Assembly (NCBI GenBank): GCA_023334545.1
Contig: JAADVB010000072.1
Span: 1-64,000 of the forward strand
DNA: 64,000 nucleotides
Direction: 5' to 3'
Origin: Salisapilia sapeloensis CBS 127946
Taxonomy: Eukaryota > Protista > Oomycota
The notes beneath the pieces are model-generated. The model did no database searches. It saw only the letters and a program-made list of their open reading frames with translations, and was not told the DNA's origin. Shown in pieces: positions 43,066 through 54,499 of this stretch (positions are counted from its first letter, which is position 1; each line of letters starts with the position of its first letter). A program made the translations under genes and the position numbers.

Positions 43066-44220
43066 TTAGATGATCTGAGAAGTGCCTCTCGTTAGCTTTG
43101 GCTTTCGTACAAGATCGAGCAAGCCACTCTTTTGTCGAGTTAGTGCCGGTTCCGATTCTGATGTTCTAGGAGATTGAGGATATGGCTCTTCCGGCGTGCC
43201 TTCATCTGCAGCAACGAATGACGGGATTCTGTTCTTTACAAGAGAGATTTCGTCTCCGTAACCACCGATTGCTGTTTTTGAGAGCTCAGGCTTTCTACTC
43301 GGGTAGTAAGATTGTTCTACTTGAGTCGATGATCTCAATCTAGACTTTGGCTGTCGTCGCCAAAGTCGGGAAGCTGCAGTTGTGAGCGCATGTAGCTTTA
43401 AATTCGTCTTTCGAGGGGTATTCCAGCGCTGAAAAATAAGTTCATCCGAGTAGTCTTTCCAAGAGTGAAGCGCACACATTGCACAGCAGTAGCTCCCTTT
43501 GCCTAGTTGAGACGACTGCATCGAGTCGTCATTTAAGGAGTTTGTACTTGAATGGCGGCGAGAGATACATCGATCACTATCGTCCCCACCTTCAATTGCA
43601 GGCGAAAGTAGAATGGTCTCCCTACTGTCCACACGACTACCACAGAGGAAGTCTAGAAAAGTTTCGACGACAGGTCCAGATAGGACACTGCACTTGTCGT
43701 GATTTCGAGGGTTCAAAAGTACTCGTTGCAATGTCTGAAGCACTCGATTAAGCTCATGCCCTTTTTGATGCATCGTCTGCGACTGGTTCTTATTCTTTAA
43801 GCCGTCGTACATGTCTTCCTTCATGGTAGAAAAGATGGTTGGAGGTAGGAATCCGAATTTGATAAAAGCATCAATCCAAGGACACTCTGCAATGCACTCG
43901 TGTGAATGGTCTAGTTTGTTCCGCAGGTCATCTTGGAAAGCATAAAGCTCTTTGATATTGTACACACGTCTCCAGGATGCGTGTGAACTTGGCTGAGAAA
44001 CAGTCAAAACAAAGTCGAATTGGACACATGGGTTCGTCGACAGTGTAGACAGAGCATTGTACAATGATAGTCGACTTGATCTACTGTATGGCAATGTCTC
44101 TTCTACCTCCAGTACAAAGCTCAGGTTGCTTAGAAACTTTAACTTCTTAAGATTGGGAGCTGCTGAGGAGGATTCTTGGGAGCACTTTGGGTGGCGGGCT
44201 TCTACCGGTGAAGTGATCAT
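43066..44220 (-). CDS. Paralogous PX-like domain protein with degenerate or absent RING
   Basis: LYAFQDDLRNKLDHSHECIAECPWIDAFIKFGF...HDKC...FLDFL aligns with the neighbour's N-terminal domain. Only CCAMC remains where the RING should start. First ATG is at 44220. Confidence 0.7.
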   Translation of the reverse strand: MITSPVEARHPKCSQESSSAAPNLKKLKFLSNLSFVLEVEETLPYSRSSRLSLYNALSTLSTNPCVQFDFVLTVSQPSSHASWRRVYNIKELYAFQDDLRNKLDHSHECIAECPWIDAFIKFGFLPPTIFSTMKEDMYDGLKNKNQSQTMHQKGHELNRVLQTLQRVLLNPRNHDKCSVLSGPVVETFLDFLCGSRVDSRETILLSPAIEGGDDSDRCISRRHSSTNSLNDDSMQSSQLGKGSYCCAMCALHSWKDYSDELIFQRWNTPRKTNLKLHALTTAASRLWRRQPKSRLRSSTQVEQSYYPSRKPELSKTAIGGYGDEISLVKNRIPSFVAADEGTPEEPYPQSPRTSESEPALTRQKSGLLDLVRKPKLTRGTSQII

Positions 44221-44924
44221 GATAGAGGGCTGTATTGTTAGCGTCGGCGTCTGAAGCAAAAAGAGATTTTAGCGATGTGAAGGAGATACCAAAGTGGCCG
44301 TGAAAGGACACAAAACTGGACGTGGAAGAAAAAAGAGGCTGAAGTGGCTAAGAGCTGGCTGGAAAGGCGTAACTGCAATGTACAGAGAGTATCACGGGAA
44401 GTGTTCAAGTTCATTCTTGTCGATTGACAAGGTAAAGATTAAATGTTACAGACACTGAACGTTCAGGATATGCGTGGAACTGTCAATGAAGACAGATACG
44501 GTCAGACTCTACTGGACACGAGGAAAAAAGACCCCGTAAATATTGCTGCAATTACTTGCACGTGAGGACGTTGGAGTAGTAGCCGACGTCGGTAACGTGG
44601 GTCTCAATTATTCCGACGACGCTACGGAGGGGCAGACGGACATGCATCGCACTATCCAGACCACTGGAACTGGTAACCACATGCGTACCACCTATCCAGA
44701 TTCCCATATCGAGCCGTTTGATAAATCGAGAGCTACTTTGTCTTATACCTTGGATTTTTACTTTGACAATGTAGTAGTAGTATCGCATAACTAGCCAAAG
44801 CGTCATGTGTGACGTACAGGTTTGAAGCGTCGAGGTTGTAGCGTATCCTACGCTTAAAGATCTTGCCATCATCTCCATCTAAATACGAATCAAAGCACTT
44901 GATCAAAGCGTCTCCCGGAGGCAA

Positions 44925-46577
44925 ATGAACTACTCGATTACGCAGCTACTAGCGCTGCTACTTTCATTAGTTGTCTGTGTCTGTGCTGTATTCTACGCAG
45001 ACTACTTGTCGAGTCTCTTGCCTTCCCAGCCGGCAGCGCTGACAATACAAGAGCAGACGCAACTCCTTCAAACGCTTAGTCATAGATCGAAACAAGCGCT
45101 AGAGAGGCAGAAGAAAGCTCTCGATGGAGGGGAATATGCGGTTCCGAAACTAGCTTTCTGCTGCAGTGCCGATCTGGATGTTTCTGTCCGAGCAGTGGAT
45201 CTTATGAACGCGATCCATAAGCAAACGAACAAGGCTGATACGGCCTTGGACGCCAAGCACTTTGAACGCATTGGCGACCTCGAGCAGCTTCAGCAGAGCT
45301 TTTCTTATTACTTTTCCCAAGGTGCCGCAGCTGAGCAGAGTATGAATTCCTTGTATGAGTTCCAAGACGTCGTTCGAACGGCTCAGAGCTTGCCAAACGT
45401 AAAGAAGCAGGTTGGTGGGAACGCCGCGACCATGGCGTTACGAGCAGCTTTGGAAGGGAATCAAGTGCTCTTAGGTGCTGCCATGGGTCCTCAGATGAAA
45501 GAGTTGTTTCAAGATAATAATGTACAAGTGGTGGGGGAAATGGGGGAGAGTGAATTAGTGAAAAAGGAGGAGGAATTGGAGGATATCCATCTCGTGCTCG
45601 AGTACTCTCGAGGAGACGTCTTTCGTGGATATACGTCTCCACGTGCGAATCGATACTATCTCAATCATGACATTCACAATGCTCGACTGTCTGTCTTGGA
45701 GCAGTTTGTTTCTGCTTTAGAAACATTCCAGCCAGAGTTGGTGGTTATCGGAGGTCTGCAGCTGATGGAAGTAGAAACGGACATGGATCGGAGGCTCGGA
45801 CGCCTGCAGAAACTCAGTCAGGCTTTGCAAAAGCTACAGACGGAAAAAGTGCCGTCCCACTATGAGCTCGCTGCTGTCTCTGGTACGTTCTTTTCCTACT
45901 TGTGTGCTTCTGTCTACTAACATTGTCCAGATTTCTCGCTCTTTGACGACACGGTCAAGATGGTGCTTCCTTACATCTCATCTCTCGGTCTGAATGAACA
46001 AGAGCTGTTTATTTTGCATCACTACCTCCTCACACAAGCGCAACCGACGGCAACAACATCTCGTCCGACTGTCGCTCAAGTGTCAGAGCAGCTGCATGAC
46101 GTCTTGACCTTTGCTTCTGAGAGTCATCAGAAGGAAGTGGATGGAGAGAGCCATCAACCACTAGCCCACCTCTCTCGCCTCCACTTTCACACACTACAGT
46201 TCCACATCATGTGCCAGAAGCCATCGTCCATATGGGACGACCCGAGGGACGCGCTCATCCAAAGTGCGCTCATGAGCTCGAAACTGGCTTGTGGCAAAGT
46301 GGCGCAGGAGAACGTCAGTGGCGTCGGGAAAGCGCATCGGAGTGACGAGATCGAAGTGGATGGCGATCGAGTGGAAGTCTTGCTGGATCGACACGTGGTC
46401 GTGCAGGGATCGTCGAGGTCGATCAATCCGCTGGATCCGGTGATGGAGTGGGATGAAGGCGACTTTAAGTGCTACATGATCCCGATGCTTGCCTGTCGGA
46501 AGCCGGACTTGACGGCCGGATTAGGAGACAATATCTCTGGGACGGGACTGTCGTACCATCGGATGAAGAAGGAATAG
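44925..46577 (+). CDS. ADPGK: ADP-dependent glucokinase (ribokinase fold); exons 44925-45882 and 45931-46577
   Basis: N-terminal signal anchor, CCSADLDV, VGGNAATMA, IHLVLEY, PRANRY, SLGLNEQEL, RLHFHTL, and catalytic TAGLGDNIS; 48-nt intron. Confidence 0.92.
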
Positions 46578-46603
46578 AAGGAAGAGATTGCTTTTTCGTT
46601 TAC

Positions 46604-47619
46604 TTAGTGGATACGAGACGTCGTTCCAACTTGTTTCTCCATGCGGCTGAACCATGGCTGGATGTGCGAGTGTTGCATGACGTCGTCATAGGTCTTCAGA
46701 CCAGTCAGCGCTCGCACGACGCCATACACGGATAAGTCTGCTAGATTCGGGTGGTCTCCTCCGAGGAACTGCTGGTCGCCTACTGCTTCCATCCATTCGT
46801 CGAGAGCGTCGTACAGCGCTTGCCGTTCATCCTCTACATTATACTTTTTCTTGCTGCGTTTCGCCACGAGGTACATGATGACGGCACCGAGATACTTGGA
46901 CAAGTACCGTTCGGTGGCAGTGAACTTGCCTTCTGTGAGGCAGTAGTCAAACGCTTCGATGGCTTCCGGGAAGGATCGGTAGATGTTCGGCGGCAATAAG
47001 ATGATCTATCACAATTGGTATATGGCGTTAGGATATATAGCGTCTATGGTAGGATATGTGGCTGTACGAGGTTTTTGTCGACCCAGTGTCGCCATGCATC
47101 TTCGTCTTCCTTGCTGCATGCGTCCGTCGTGTCGAAGACACTAGAGGACTTGGTCTCGGACGCTACTTGCTGCAGACGAGAGATGATATCGGAAGATTCT
47201 ACGACGATTTCGTCTTCTCCGATGCGACAGACGGGAACCTTTTTGTGGTCTGTAAACGCCTTGGTCTCCTTCTTCGTCACTGGATTCACCTCCACGACGT
47301 TGTACGGAAGGTCGAGGTAGTCCAGCACTGCCTTCACTTTGCAACAATACGGGCATGGCTCGTACTGGTACAATGTGATGGGTGGCAAGGATGAGTAGCT
47401 TGGTGCTGCAGAGCAGTAGGTGCACGATTGCTGGTAAGAATGCAGCCCGAACGAAACGGAGAGACCAATGCCAGCTGCCGTGCCTAGAGCTGGAGCTTTA
47501 CTGGACGCTACGAGAGGTGAGTGCGCTGGAACAGAGGCTAGTGGAGATGCAGATGTTCCTTTCGGTGCAGCGAAAGAAGCGCTGGCAACGCGTGCAGTTC
47601 TCCATGTCTGACGCAGCAT
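46604..47619 (-). CDS. PTGES2: Prostaglandin E synthase 2-like glutaredoxin/GST-fold protein; exons 47619-47068 and 47005-46604
   Basis: Transit-like N-terminus, LYQYEPCPYCCKVKAVLDY, VEVNP, KKVP, PNIYRSFPEAIEAF, FLGGDHPNLADLSVYG. Confidence 0.9.
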
Positions 47620-47887
47620 GATAGTGACAATGCTTGTGGCTATGCTGATATTGATTATCTTCGTCACATACTCTTTTTACTTTTAATATGCTCATTGATC
47701 TAATATTCCATCATATCGCATCGTATACAAGTTGATTATACATACAAGTCTTTTTATAAAACAAACCTACTAATTAACGCAAGTAAATAAAAATGCTGTG
47801 TTGTTAAAAGGCTGATCTTGTATTTTGTGTGACTACACCTGTCGACAGAAATCCTTGTACGAGTGCCCCCCAAGCAGCTCCGGCATC

Positions 47888-50800
47888 ATGCGAGCCATCT
47901 CGGGCGATGCGCACTTCTTTGAGGAGACGATGAACATGGAGCGCATCCGGCGCTTGCTCGACAACAAGCTCGGGGTCGCTGGCCATGCAGAGAAGCTCGA
48001 AGCGATGAAAGCTTTGCTCGCGTCTGTGTCCAAAGGCGAAGACGTGTCAGGCTTCTTCCCGGATGTCGTCAAAAACGTCATTGTCGCGTCCGTTGAGGTC
48101 AAGAAGCTCGTGTACATCTACTTGGTTCATTACGCTGATATGAATGCGCAATGTCGAGAGCTGGCACTACTCTCCATCAACTCTTTTCAAAAGGATTTAG
48201 CTGACCCGAATCCGCTCATTCGAGCCCTCGCTCTCCGTGTGCTCACGAGCATTCGTGTGAAAGACATTGTACAGATTCAGATGCTCGCGATTCGAAAGTG
48301 TGCGCAGGATGAAAGTCCGTACGTCCGCAAGTGTGCTGCGACGGCAGTGGGCAAACTGTCTGCGGCTGCCGATGACGAAATCCGGCAGTCGCTTGTAGAT
48401 TTAATCGGAGAATTACTACTAGACTCTTCTACAATGGTACTAGGCAGTGCAGTCATGGCACTGAATGAAGTGTGTGCCGATAGATTAGATCTCCTACATG
48501 CACCATACCGAAAACTCTGCTACTTGCTCGCTGATCTGGACGAATGGGGACAGACAATCGCCATCCAGCTCCTTACTCGATATGCTCGAGAACAGTTCCA
48601 CCCGCCAGACAAGACAGACGCATCCAGAGATGATGATCAGGACCATATCGATCCGTTCTCGCTCCAACCGAAGAGCGCGACGTTCGGCTCTGCCTTCCAG
48701 ATGGAAAGCCAGACAAGTAAGAGTCTCGATGAGCTCGATGAAGACCAGCGACTGCTACTTCGAAGCTCCATTCCGTTGCTAAAGTCTCGTAACAGTGCTG
48801 TCGTCTTGGCTGTCGCGACTCTGCACTACTATTGCGGCGTTCCAGGTCATGACGCGACGTCAACGCTCTTGGGTAAGTCGCTCGTTCGGTTGCTTCGAGG
48901 ACACCGAGAGATCCAATTCGTGGTCTTAAACGCCATCAAGAAGATGGCACAGACCCACGCGTCCATGTTTCGACCTTTTTTACCAGACTTCTTCGTACGA
49001 GCGACGGACGCTTCGTATGCGCGTGAAGCGAAGCTGAGTATCCTCACTGCTTTGGCGTGTGAGAAGAACGTGGAGGTTATTCTAAGAGAGTTCCAAGCGT
49101 ACGTTCGACACGTGGACAAGAAGTTTGTTACGAGTACGATCCGAGCGCTTGCGAGTGTCGCGGATGCTCTCCCGGACGTTGCTGACACTTGCATCGGAGG
49201 ACTACTTAAGCTGACGAGAGCGTCGGACGATGCAGTCGTGGCACAAAGCGTCGTGGTCATTCGTCAGCTGCTCCAGAAAGAAGCAGATGCAGGACGAAAG
49301 GAAAAGGTGGTGCGGTCGTTAGCAGCACGCGTCGTGTCGAACCAGGTAAAGGACGCAAGTGCACGTGCGTCGGTGGTGTGGATGCTAGGAGAGTTCCAAG
49401 ACGATGGACTTCAGTCGTGTGCGTTAGAGTCGCTTCGTCTCTTGACGTGTCACTTTGCCGATGAAGAAGCTGAGGTCCGACTGCAGCTTCTGACACTTGC
49501 TGTCAAGGTTGCGTTAAAGAGCGAGGTGGAGGAGAGCGGACGGTTGCTCCAGTACGTTCTCGAGCTGTGTAAGTTTGATAGAGACTATGACATTCGAGAT
49601 CGTGGTCGACTCGTCCGAGCTGCACTTAGTGCCGAGTCACCTGGCGTCGACCCTGTCAAGCTTTTTGTTACAGGCAAGCCAGCACCCAAGTTGCAGCTGA
49701 CGTCGACGGTCGATAAGTTTACTCTTGGCTCCTTGTCTGACTTAGTCGGCCAAGCAGCGCCAGGGTACCTTGCTCTTCCAGAGTGGAGAAGTGATCCTGT
49801 GGAGAGCAAGTTGCGTGATGAATCGACTCAGCGCAAGGTCTCGACTCCTTCCGTCATGCAGTCGAGCAGCAAGTCCAAGACGAATGGAGCGCAGGAGGAC
49901 TTTTACAGCGACAGTTCCGACTCGGAGAGTGGTTCCGAGTCAAATTCGAATTCCGAATCCGAGTCGAGTGCATCCGAGTCGGAGTCTGGATCGGAATCGG
50001 AATCGGAATCAGGATCCGACTCGGAATCGGAGTCAGAGGACGGATCCGAGTCGGAAGAGGAAGAGAAGAAAGAAACCAAGACGGAGGATCCTTTGGACTT
50101 TTTAGGCGGATCGACCAACACGACGTCTGGAACGCTCGTGGATGACCTCATGAACCTCGGATTCGACTCTCCTGCACCGCAGATGCAGTCGCCAATGGTC
50201 TTCCAAACTTCCGATCCGATAAAACGGACGCTGCTGTCGATAGAGTCCAGTGGCGGACTGCACATTGACTACGCCTTCTTACGCCAAGCGTCTTCTCATG
50301 CACCTACCATGAGCGTCGTTCAGCTGTGGGCGAGTAACCGAGGCCAGACGCCTTTGTCCAGGATATCGGTGCATCCACCAGCCGACTCTCAGCTGTCGGC
50401 CATCGCGTCTGCTGAAATCCCAGTCCTCTTCCCCGGTGGTGCGCCGAGTATGACGCAAGTGCATCTGGACTTTGGAGGTAAGTTGTCTCCGATACTGCTG
50501 CAAGTGAGTGCTGCCGAAGTGGAAACTGCGATGGAAGTGACGTTGACGCCCGTTGTGGGGGAACTCCTGTCGCCAGCATCTATCTCCGCGACGGAGTTTG
50601 GTACGCAACTGTCTTCTTGTGGAGCCGAGATGATGGACAAGATCGATGTCTCGGGTCTTGGCTTTGATAAGGTTGTTCAGAAACTGTTGCAAGTTTGTAA
50701 CGTAGGTCAAGTGTATGAACCTGTGACGAATGGACATGTCCAGCAGGCGAAATTTGCAGGTAGCATGAGGGACAATATGGTGCTTTTAGCGGTCGAAGTG

Positions 50801-50899
50801 GAAGCTTCGAGTGGTAAAGGTCAGGTGCTGGTGGCGAGTGGTGTGGAAGGCGTGAGTGAGGCACTTGCTGAAGAGATAAGGCTAGTGGTGTCGGAGTAG
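47888..50899 (+). CDS. AP3B1: AP-3 adaptor complex beta subunit
   Basis: FFPDVVKNV, VKKLVYIYLVHYA, LLSINSFQKDL, IRALALRVLTSIRV, DLDEWGQ, LLKSRNSAVV, DYDIRDRGR, an SE-rich hinge and an ear domain. Confidence 0.93.
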   Translation: MRAISGDAHFFEETMNMERIRRLLDNKLGVAGHAEKLEAMKALLASVSKGEDVSGFFPDVVKNVIVASVEVKKLVYIYLVHYADMNAQCRELALLSINSFQKDLADPNPLIRALALRVLTSIRVKDIVQIQMLAIRKCAQDESPYVRKCAATAVGKLSAAADDEIRQSLVDLIGELLLDSSTMVLGSAVMALNEVCADRLDLLHAPYRKLCYLLADLDEWGQTIAIQLLTRYAREQFHPPDKTDASRDDDQDHIDPFSLQPKSATFGSAFQMESQTSKSLDELDEDQRLLLRSSIPLLKSRNSAVVLAVATLHYYCGVPGHDATSTLLGKSLVRLLRGHREIQFVVLNAIKKMAQTHASMFRPFLPDFFVRATDASYAREAKLSILTALACEKNVEVILREFQAYVRHVDKKFVTSTIRALASVADALPDVADTCIGGLLKLTRASDDAVVAQSVVVIRQLLQKEADAGRKEKVVRSLAARVVSNQVKDASARASVVWMLGEFQDDGLQSCALESLRLLTCHFADEEAEVRLQLLTLAVKVALKSEVEESGRLLQYVLELCKFDRDYDIRDRGRLVRAALSAESPGVDPVKLFVTGKPAPKLQLTSTVDKFTLGSLSDLVGQAAPGYLALPEWRSDPVESKLRDESTQRKVSTPSVMQSSSKSKTNGAQEDFYSDSSDSESGSESNSNSESESSASESESGSESESESGSDSESESEDGSESEEEEKKETKTEDPLDFLGGSTNTTSGTLVDDLMNLGFDSPAPQMQSPMVFQTSDPIKRTLLSIESSGGLHIDYAFLRQASSHAPTMSVVQLWASNRGQTPLSRISVHPPADSQLSAIASAEIPVLFPGGAPSMTQVHLDFGGKLSPILLQVSAAEVETAMEVTLTPVVGELLSPASISATEFGTQLSSCGAEMMDKIDVSGLGFDKVVQKLLQVCNVGQVYEPVTNGHVQQAKFAGSMRDNMVLLAVEVEASSGKGQVLVASGVEGVSEALAEEIRLVVSE
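49905..50070 (+). repeat. Ser-Glu dipeptide coding repeat in the AP-3 beta hinge
   Basis: TCGGAA/TCCGAG hexamer runs encoding SESESGSESESE. Confidence 0.85.
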
Positions 50900-52406
50900 G
50901 TAGAACAAAAACGGAATATGAACGGTTTTGGTACGAGCATCAGTGTGTTAGTGGGGGTTCAGATCAGGTGCAGGTTATAGATGACCACAGATTCCTGCTG
51001 TTGGATGTGGTGTATCTAGTTGTACACGTGGGGACTGCATCGAATGATCTTTGAGGCCTCGTGTTGGCTGGCGTATCTAGAGGCAGTTCTGTGTCAAGTC
51101 TGCTAACAAATGCATGAAGATGCTCCATGACTGCCATCTATTCAATCAGACCTACCGTCCAATACTTGATGTAATGATAGAGCTGCATGTCTACGACGTC
51201 AGCGTTGGTGTCGTGAGTGATCGAAAGGGAACGCATGAAGTTCAATCATTGCATGCTTGAAGATCAATAACCCCGGCTCTTTACCCGTTACAAGACCTGG
51301 GAAGAACATGACGAGACCAAGCAAGGTCATAGAAACGCGAGCTTCGTCGGAAGTGACTTTTAAATAGTACAGACGTATAGGCACTAGAGTGTCGACTGAT
51401 CTAATCGATATCACCGTTTCGATAGTGCTTAGCGTGGCGAACTTACCACCTGCATGCGACCATTAAGTACCAAGATAGTGATGCATCTATGTCGTTTTAG
51501 CTCTCATGACATTCATGTCCGACACTGAAGACTGCATTGATGAGACTAGAGTGAAAACCGAAAGGTATACAGATAAAATACACAACACTCGTCAGCTAAA
51601 CTAGCATAGATACGTCGATTCAAGTACAGAAAACCAATCTGAGCAATGATACCTTGAAGGGTAGCGACAGCATTATGTTACATCGTCTTGAGCTGACCGT
51701 GGACCATCTGTGCACGCAGACGGGCAAATATAAACCGCAAAGCAGCATTGGATAGCAATATCGACGTGCACTGACAATTTCTGATTCAATCATAGTTGCA
51801 ATCTAAGGCAATCTAGAATGAGCAGAAATCGGCATGGGGGTGGGATGGGTGGGACTCTGGGCAACTATCTTTAAGGAGCTTCAGAGAGCACGATACTATC
51901 GATCTTATGAGATTACTGTCCTCGCAAATGAAAATGTGTTAACCGACGAAGAGATGAAGGGTGGATGCCAAACGCTACTTTCATGCAATTGAGAGCTACG
52001 AATGATGGACCTTTGACTGGAATTCACATGACGTATGGATATAGCGAAGCGTACAAGCAATCGCAGCAGCCTGGTCGTAGAATCCATAGACTGATGTCGC
52101 CACGTCGTGGATGGAAATGGAGACCTAGAGCATACCTGTATCATGTTTATGCACCCCTTGGAGGTATTTCTTAGTCCCTCTTGTCATGTCGTTGATTAAG
52201 GGGTACGCCAAGCTCAATCTGGCGATCCTGTCGAGTCCTAGTGTAACTAACTTGATTGGCAAGCATTTCTACTCCATTTCCCTCGCCTAGCTGACCACTT
52301 TCATATCGTCCTACTACCAGTCTGGTCATCACGGCATTCGTCAGTCTTTCACTGCACACTTTTCACCAAGCGCGTACCAGCTTATAGTTCATAAAGCCTC
52401 GTACTC

Positions 52407-53750
52407 ATGCCCTTTCAACTTCCACCCACTGCCTTCAGCGGCTTCCAACTTAGCTACCAAGAGCAAGAGCAGCTCCAGCAAGAGATCGATTTTGCTGTTA
52501 ACAATACGGTCTCCATGAACACCAAATTCAAGCTTCATTGCAAAGGTCGGGAAGGCGGTCCGTCTGCTGCTCGCTATAAGTTTCTCAAATCTACACAAAA
52601 CCTCAAGGTTTACAAAGATCGCTACTCAGTTTCCCGTGAAAAGCCACATGCACGAGGTGTGAATTCAAACCAGTACAGCTCGGACATGCTGCCAGAGTTG
52701 GACCCGAACCTATCGCAAAGCAGTGTCTACAGCAGTGAACACGAATTGGAGCATAGTACGTCATCCTCGTCCTACCGGCCCCCATCCACCGCAAGTCGGA
52801 TGTTATCGTCAAGACCACAACACTTACCCTGGGTGTTGGCGTCCGGCACCATCGAAGGCACATTGGACGACTTTATGTTTGGTAACTTTGCCGACAACGA
52901 TGCAAAATGGCGCTTCCGAAATGCCGTGCTTAAGGAAAAGTTTGATGACTCAAAGGTTATTTCGACCGTGTATGGCCCAACCGCGCGAGACCCGCACCGA
53001 TTCCTGGCAATCAAGTGGTTCACACCGGAGATGGCTGGAGCACTGAACTACATGGTCCAGCGACGGGACTTTATCATCATCGATGGCGGCGGGATGCTAC
53101 GAGAAGACCAGAAGAGCGAAGAAGATAAAGGTCGTCGTGTAGGTTACTATGCCTTCGCATCGTTCCAATCACCACGATTGCCAGAGTTGGGCAAAAGTGA
53201 TGCAATCCGAGGAACCGTCGGGTTTTGGTTTCTCATGAAGGAACGCAAAGACAATCGCGTTGAAATCTTTAGCCGTGGTTATATCGACATGAAGGGCCAG
53301 ATACTATCTTCATTGCCTCCTATGATGGCGGCCGATAGCATCACCGCGAACGACAAGATGGTGGACTGTGGAAACTTGAAAAAGTTGATCTGGCTGCTAG
53401 ATCAGAAGCGAACTCAAAACAACCAGCGTGAAAGTCTTGGGGATGACCGGCGATTCTGTCAGAGTTGTGGGAAAGAACCAAGTCGGATATTCGCAGCTCC
53501 GTACGAGTGCAAGCTCTGTGGCTGCATCGTCTGCAAAAAGTGTGTCCAAGTTAGAAAAATTCCTGTGGACGTGTCAACGAAGCAAGTCGTATGGGGTCAG
53601 ATGGTCTTCTGCGTCGAGTGCATCGTCCGAGCGAACAAGACAAGTGCAAGGGAAGTCGCCAAGGCGATGTACACCAAGAACGATCAGAGAGAAGGTCTAT
53701 CGATGGCCAACATCGGCGACAGCCTTGTTTCAAACAGCTCGCGTGAATAA
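52407..53750 (+). CDS. Oomycete START-like plus FYVE-type zinc finger protein, 447 aa
   Basis: GTIEGTLDDFMFG, DPHRFLAIKW, RRDFII, then C-terminal CQSC...CKLCGCIVCKKC...FCVEC. The canonical R(R/K)HHCR basic patch is absent. Confidence 0.82.
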   Translation: MPFQLPPTAFSGFQLSYQEQEQLQQEIDFAVNNTVSMNTKFKLHCKGREGGPSAARYKFLKSTQNLKVYKDRYSVSREKPHARGVNSNQYSSDMLPELDPNLSQSSVYSSEHELEHSTSSSSYRPPSTASRMLSSRPQHLPWVLASGTIEGTLDDFMFGNFADNDAKWRFRNAVLKEKFDDSKVISTVYGPTARDPHRFLAIKWFTPEMAGALNYMVQRRDFIIIDGGGMLREDQKSEEDKGRRVGYYAFASFQSPRLPELGKSDAIRGTVGFWFLMKERKDNRVEIFSRGYIDMKGQILSSLPPMMAADSITANDKMVDCGNLKKLIWLLDQKRTQNNQRESLGDDRRFCQSCGKEPSRIFAAPYECKLCGCIVCKKCVQVRKIPVDVSTKQVVWGQMVFCVECIVRANKTSAREVAKAMYTKNDQREGLSMANIGDSLVSNSSRE

Positions 53751-54499
53751 AGAGTTTGAGTCAAGTCCGAGAGTAGCATGCAACCGCAGTCGAGTACATA
53801 CCTTCAATTAATTTTCATGTGCGAAAAACGATGCTTTTCATTTCTATTCCTGGTATGGACGACGATTACCAATGTTCGTAGGTGAAATGGCTGCCTCCTA
53901 TATGAAGCCAGCAACAGTCATTAGATTAGTCGCTCCTGGCAGTCTTCGAACGTTATGTGTCTAGGCTTCTTCTCGTTAGAGAATGCTACTCTACAATCGT
54001 TGATGTCTGAATAAGAATAAGCGGAAACCGACACCATTCATGTACCTATCTTCTGAAGTTTTCCAAAGATAGATATTTATTAATGATACAAAGATCTACT
54101 CGACGATGAATTCCATGATGATTTCATGTAGAGACATGTTTCCAGTAGCGTCACTGACCGCCTGCTCTGCGTGCATGTAAATCTTCACCAGCACGAGTAT
54201 GTCCCGTCTTATGCATGATTAAAATCAGCTATTGATTAAGAACTGAAGGGATGGAGGACGTCCATCCGTGTCAGTAGTACATACAAGTTTTACAGCACAG
54301 ACTACCAGAGTTAAAGAACTGTCGGTAGCAGCCACATTCATATCCAACTTTCTGTCCATTATTCGATTAGATTTCAAGAAACATAAAAGATTCGGTCGAA
54401 AATTAAATTTGTCTTTTTCATTTGAATAACGACAAATGATGAATTCTCCAGGTGAGCGGGTACAAGTTCAAAAGACAAAATATCTGGTCCATGAAAAGC

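Noticed and set aside
54115-54157. ATGATGA...CTGA box C/D-like pair
   Set aside because: Too short (43 nt), with no terminal stem or recognisable rRNA guide.
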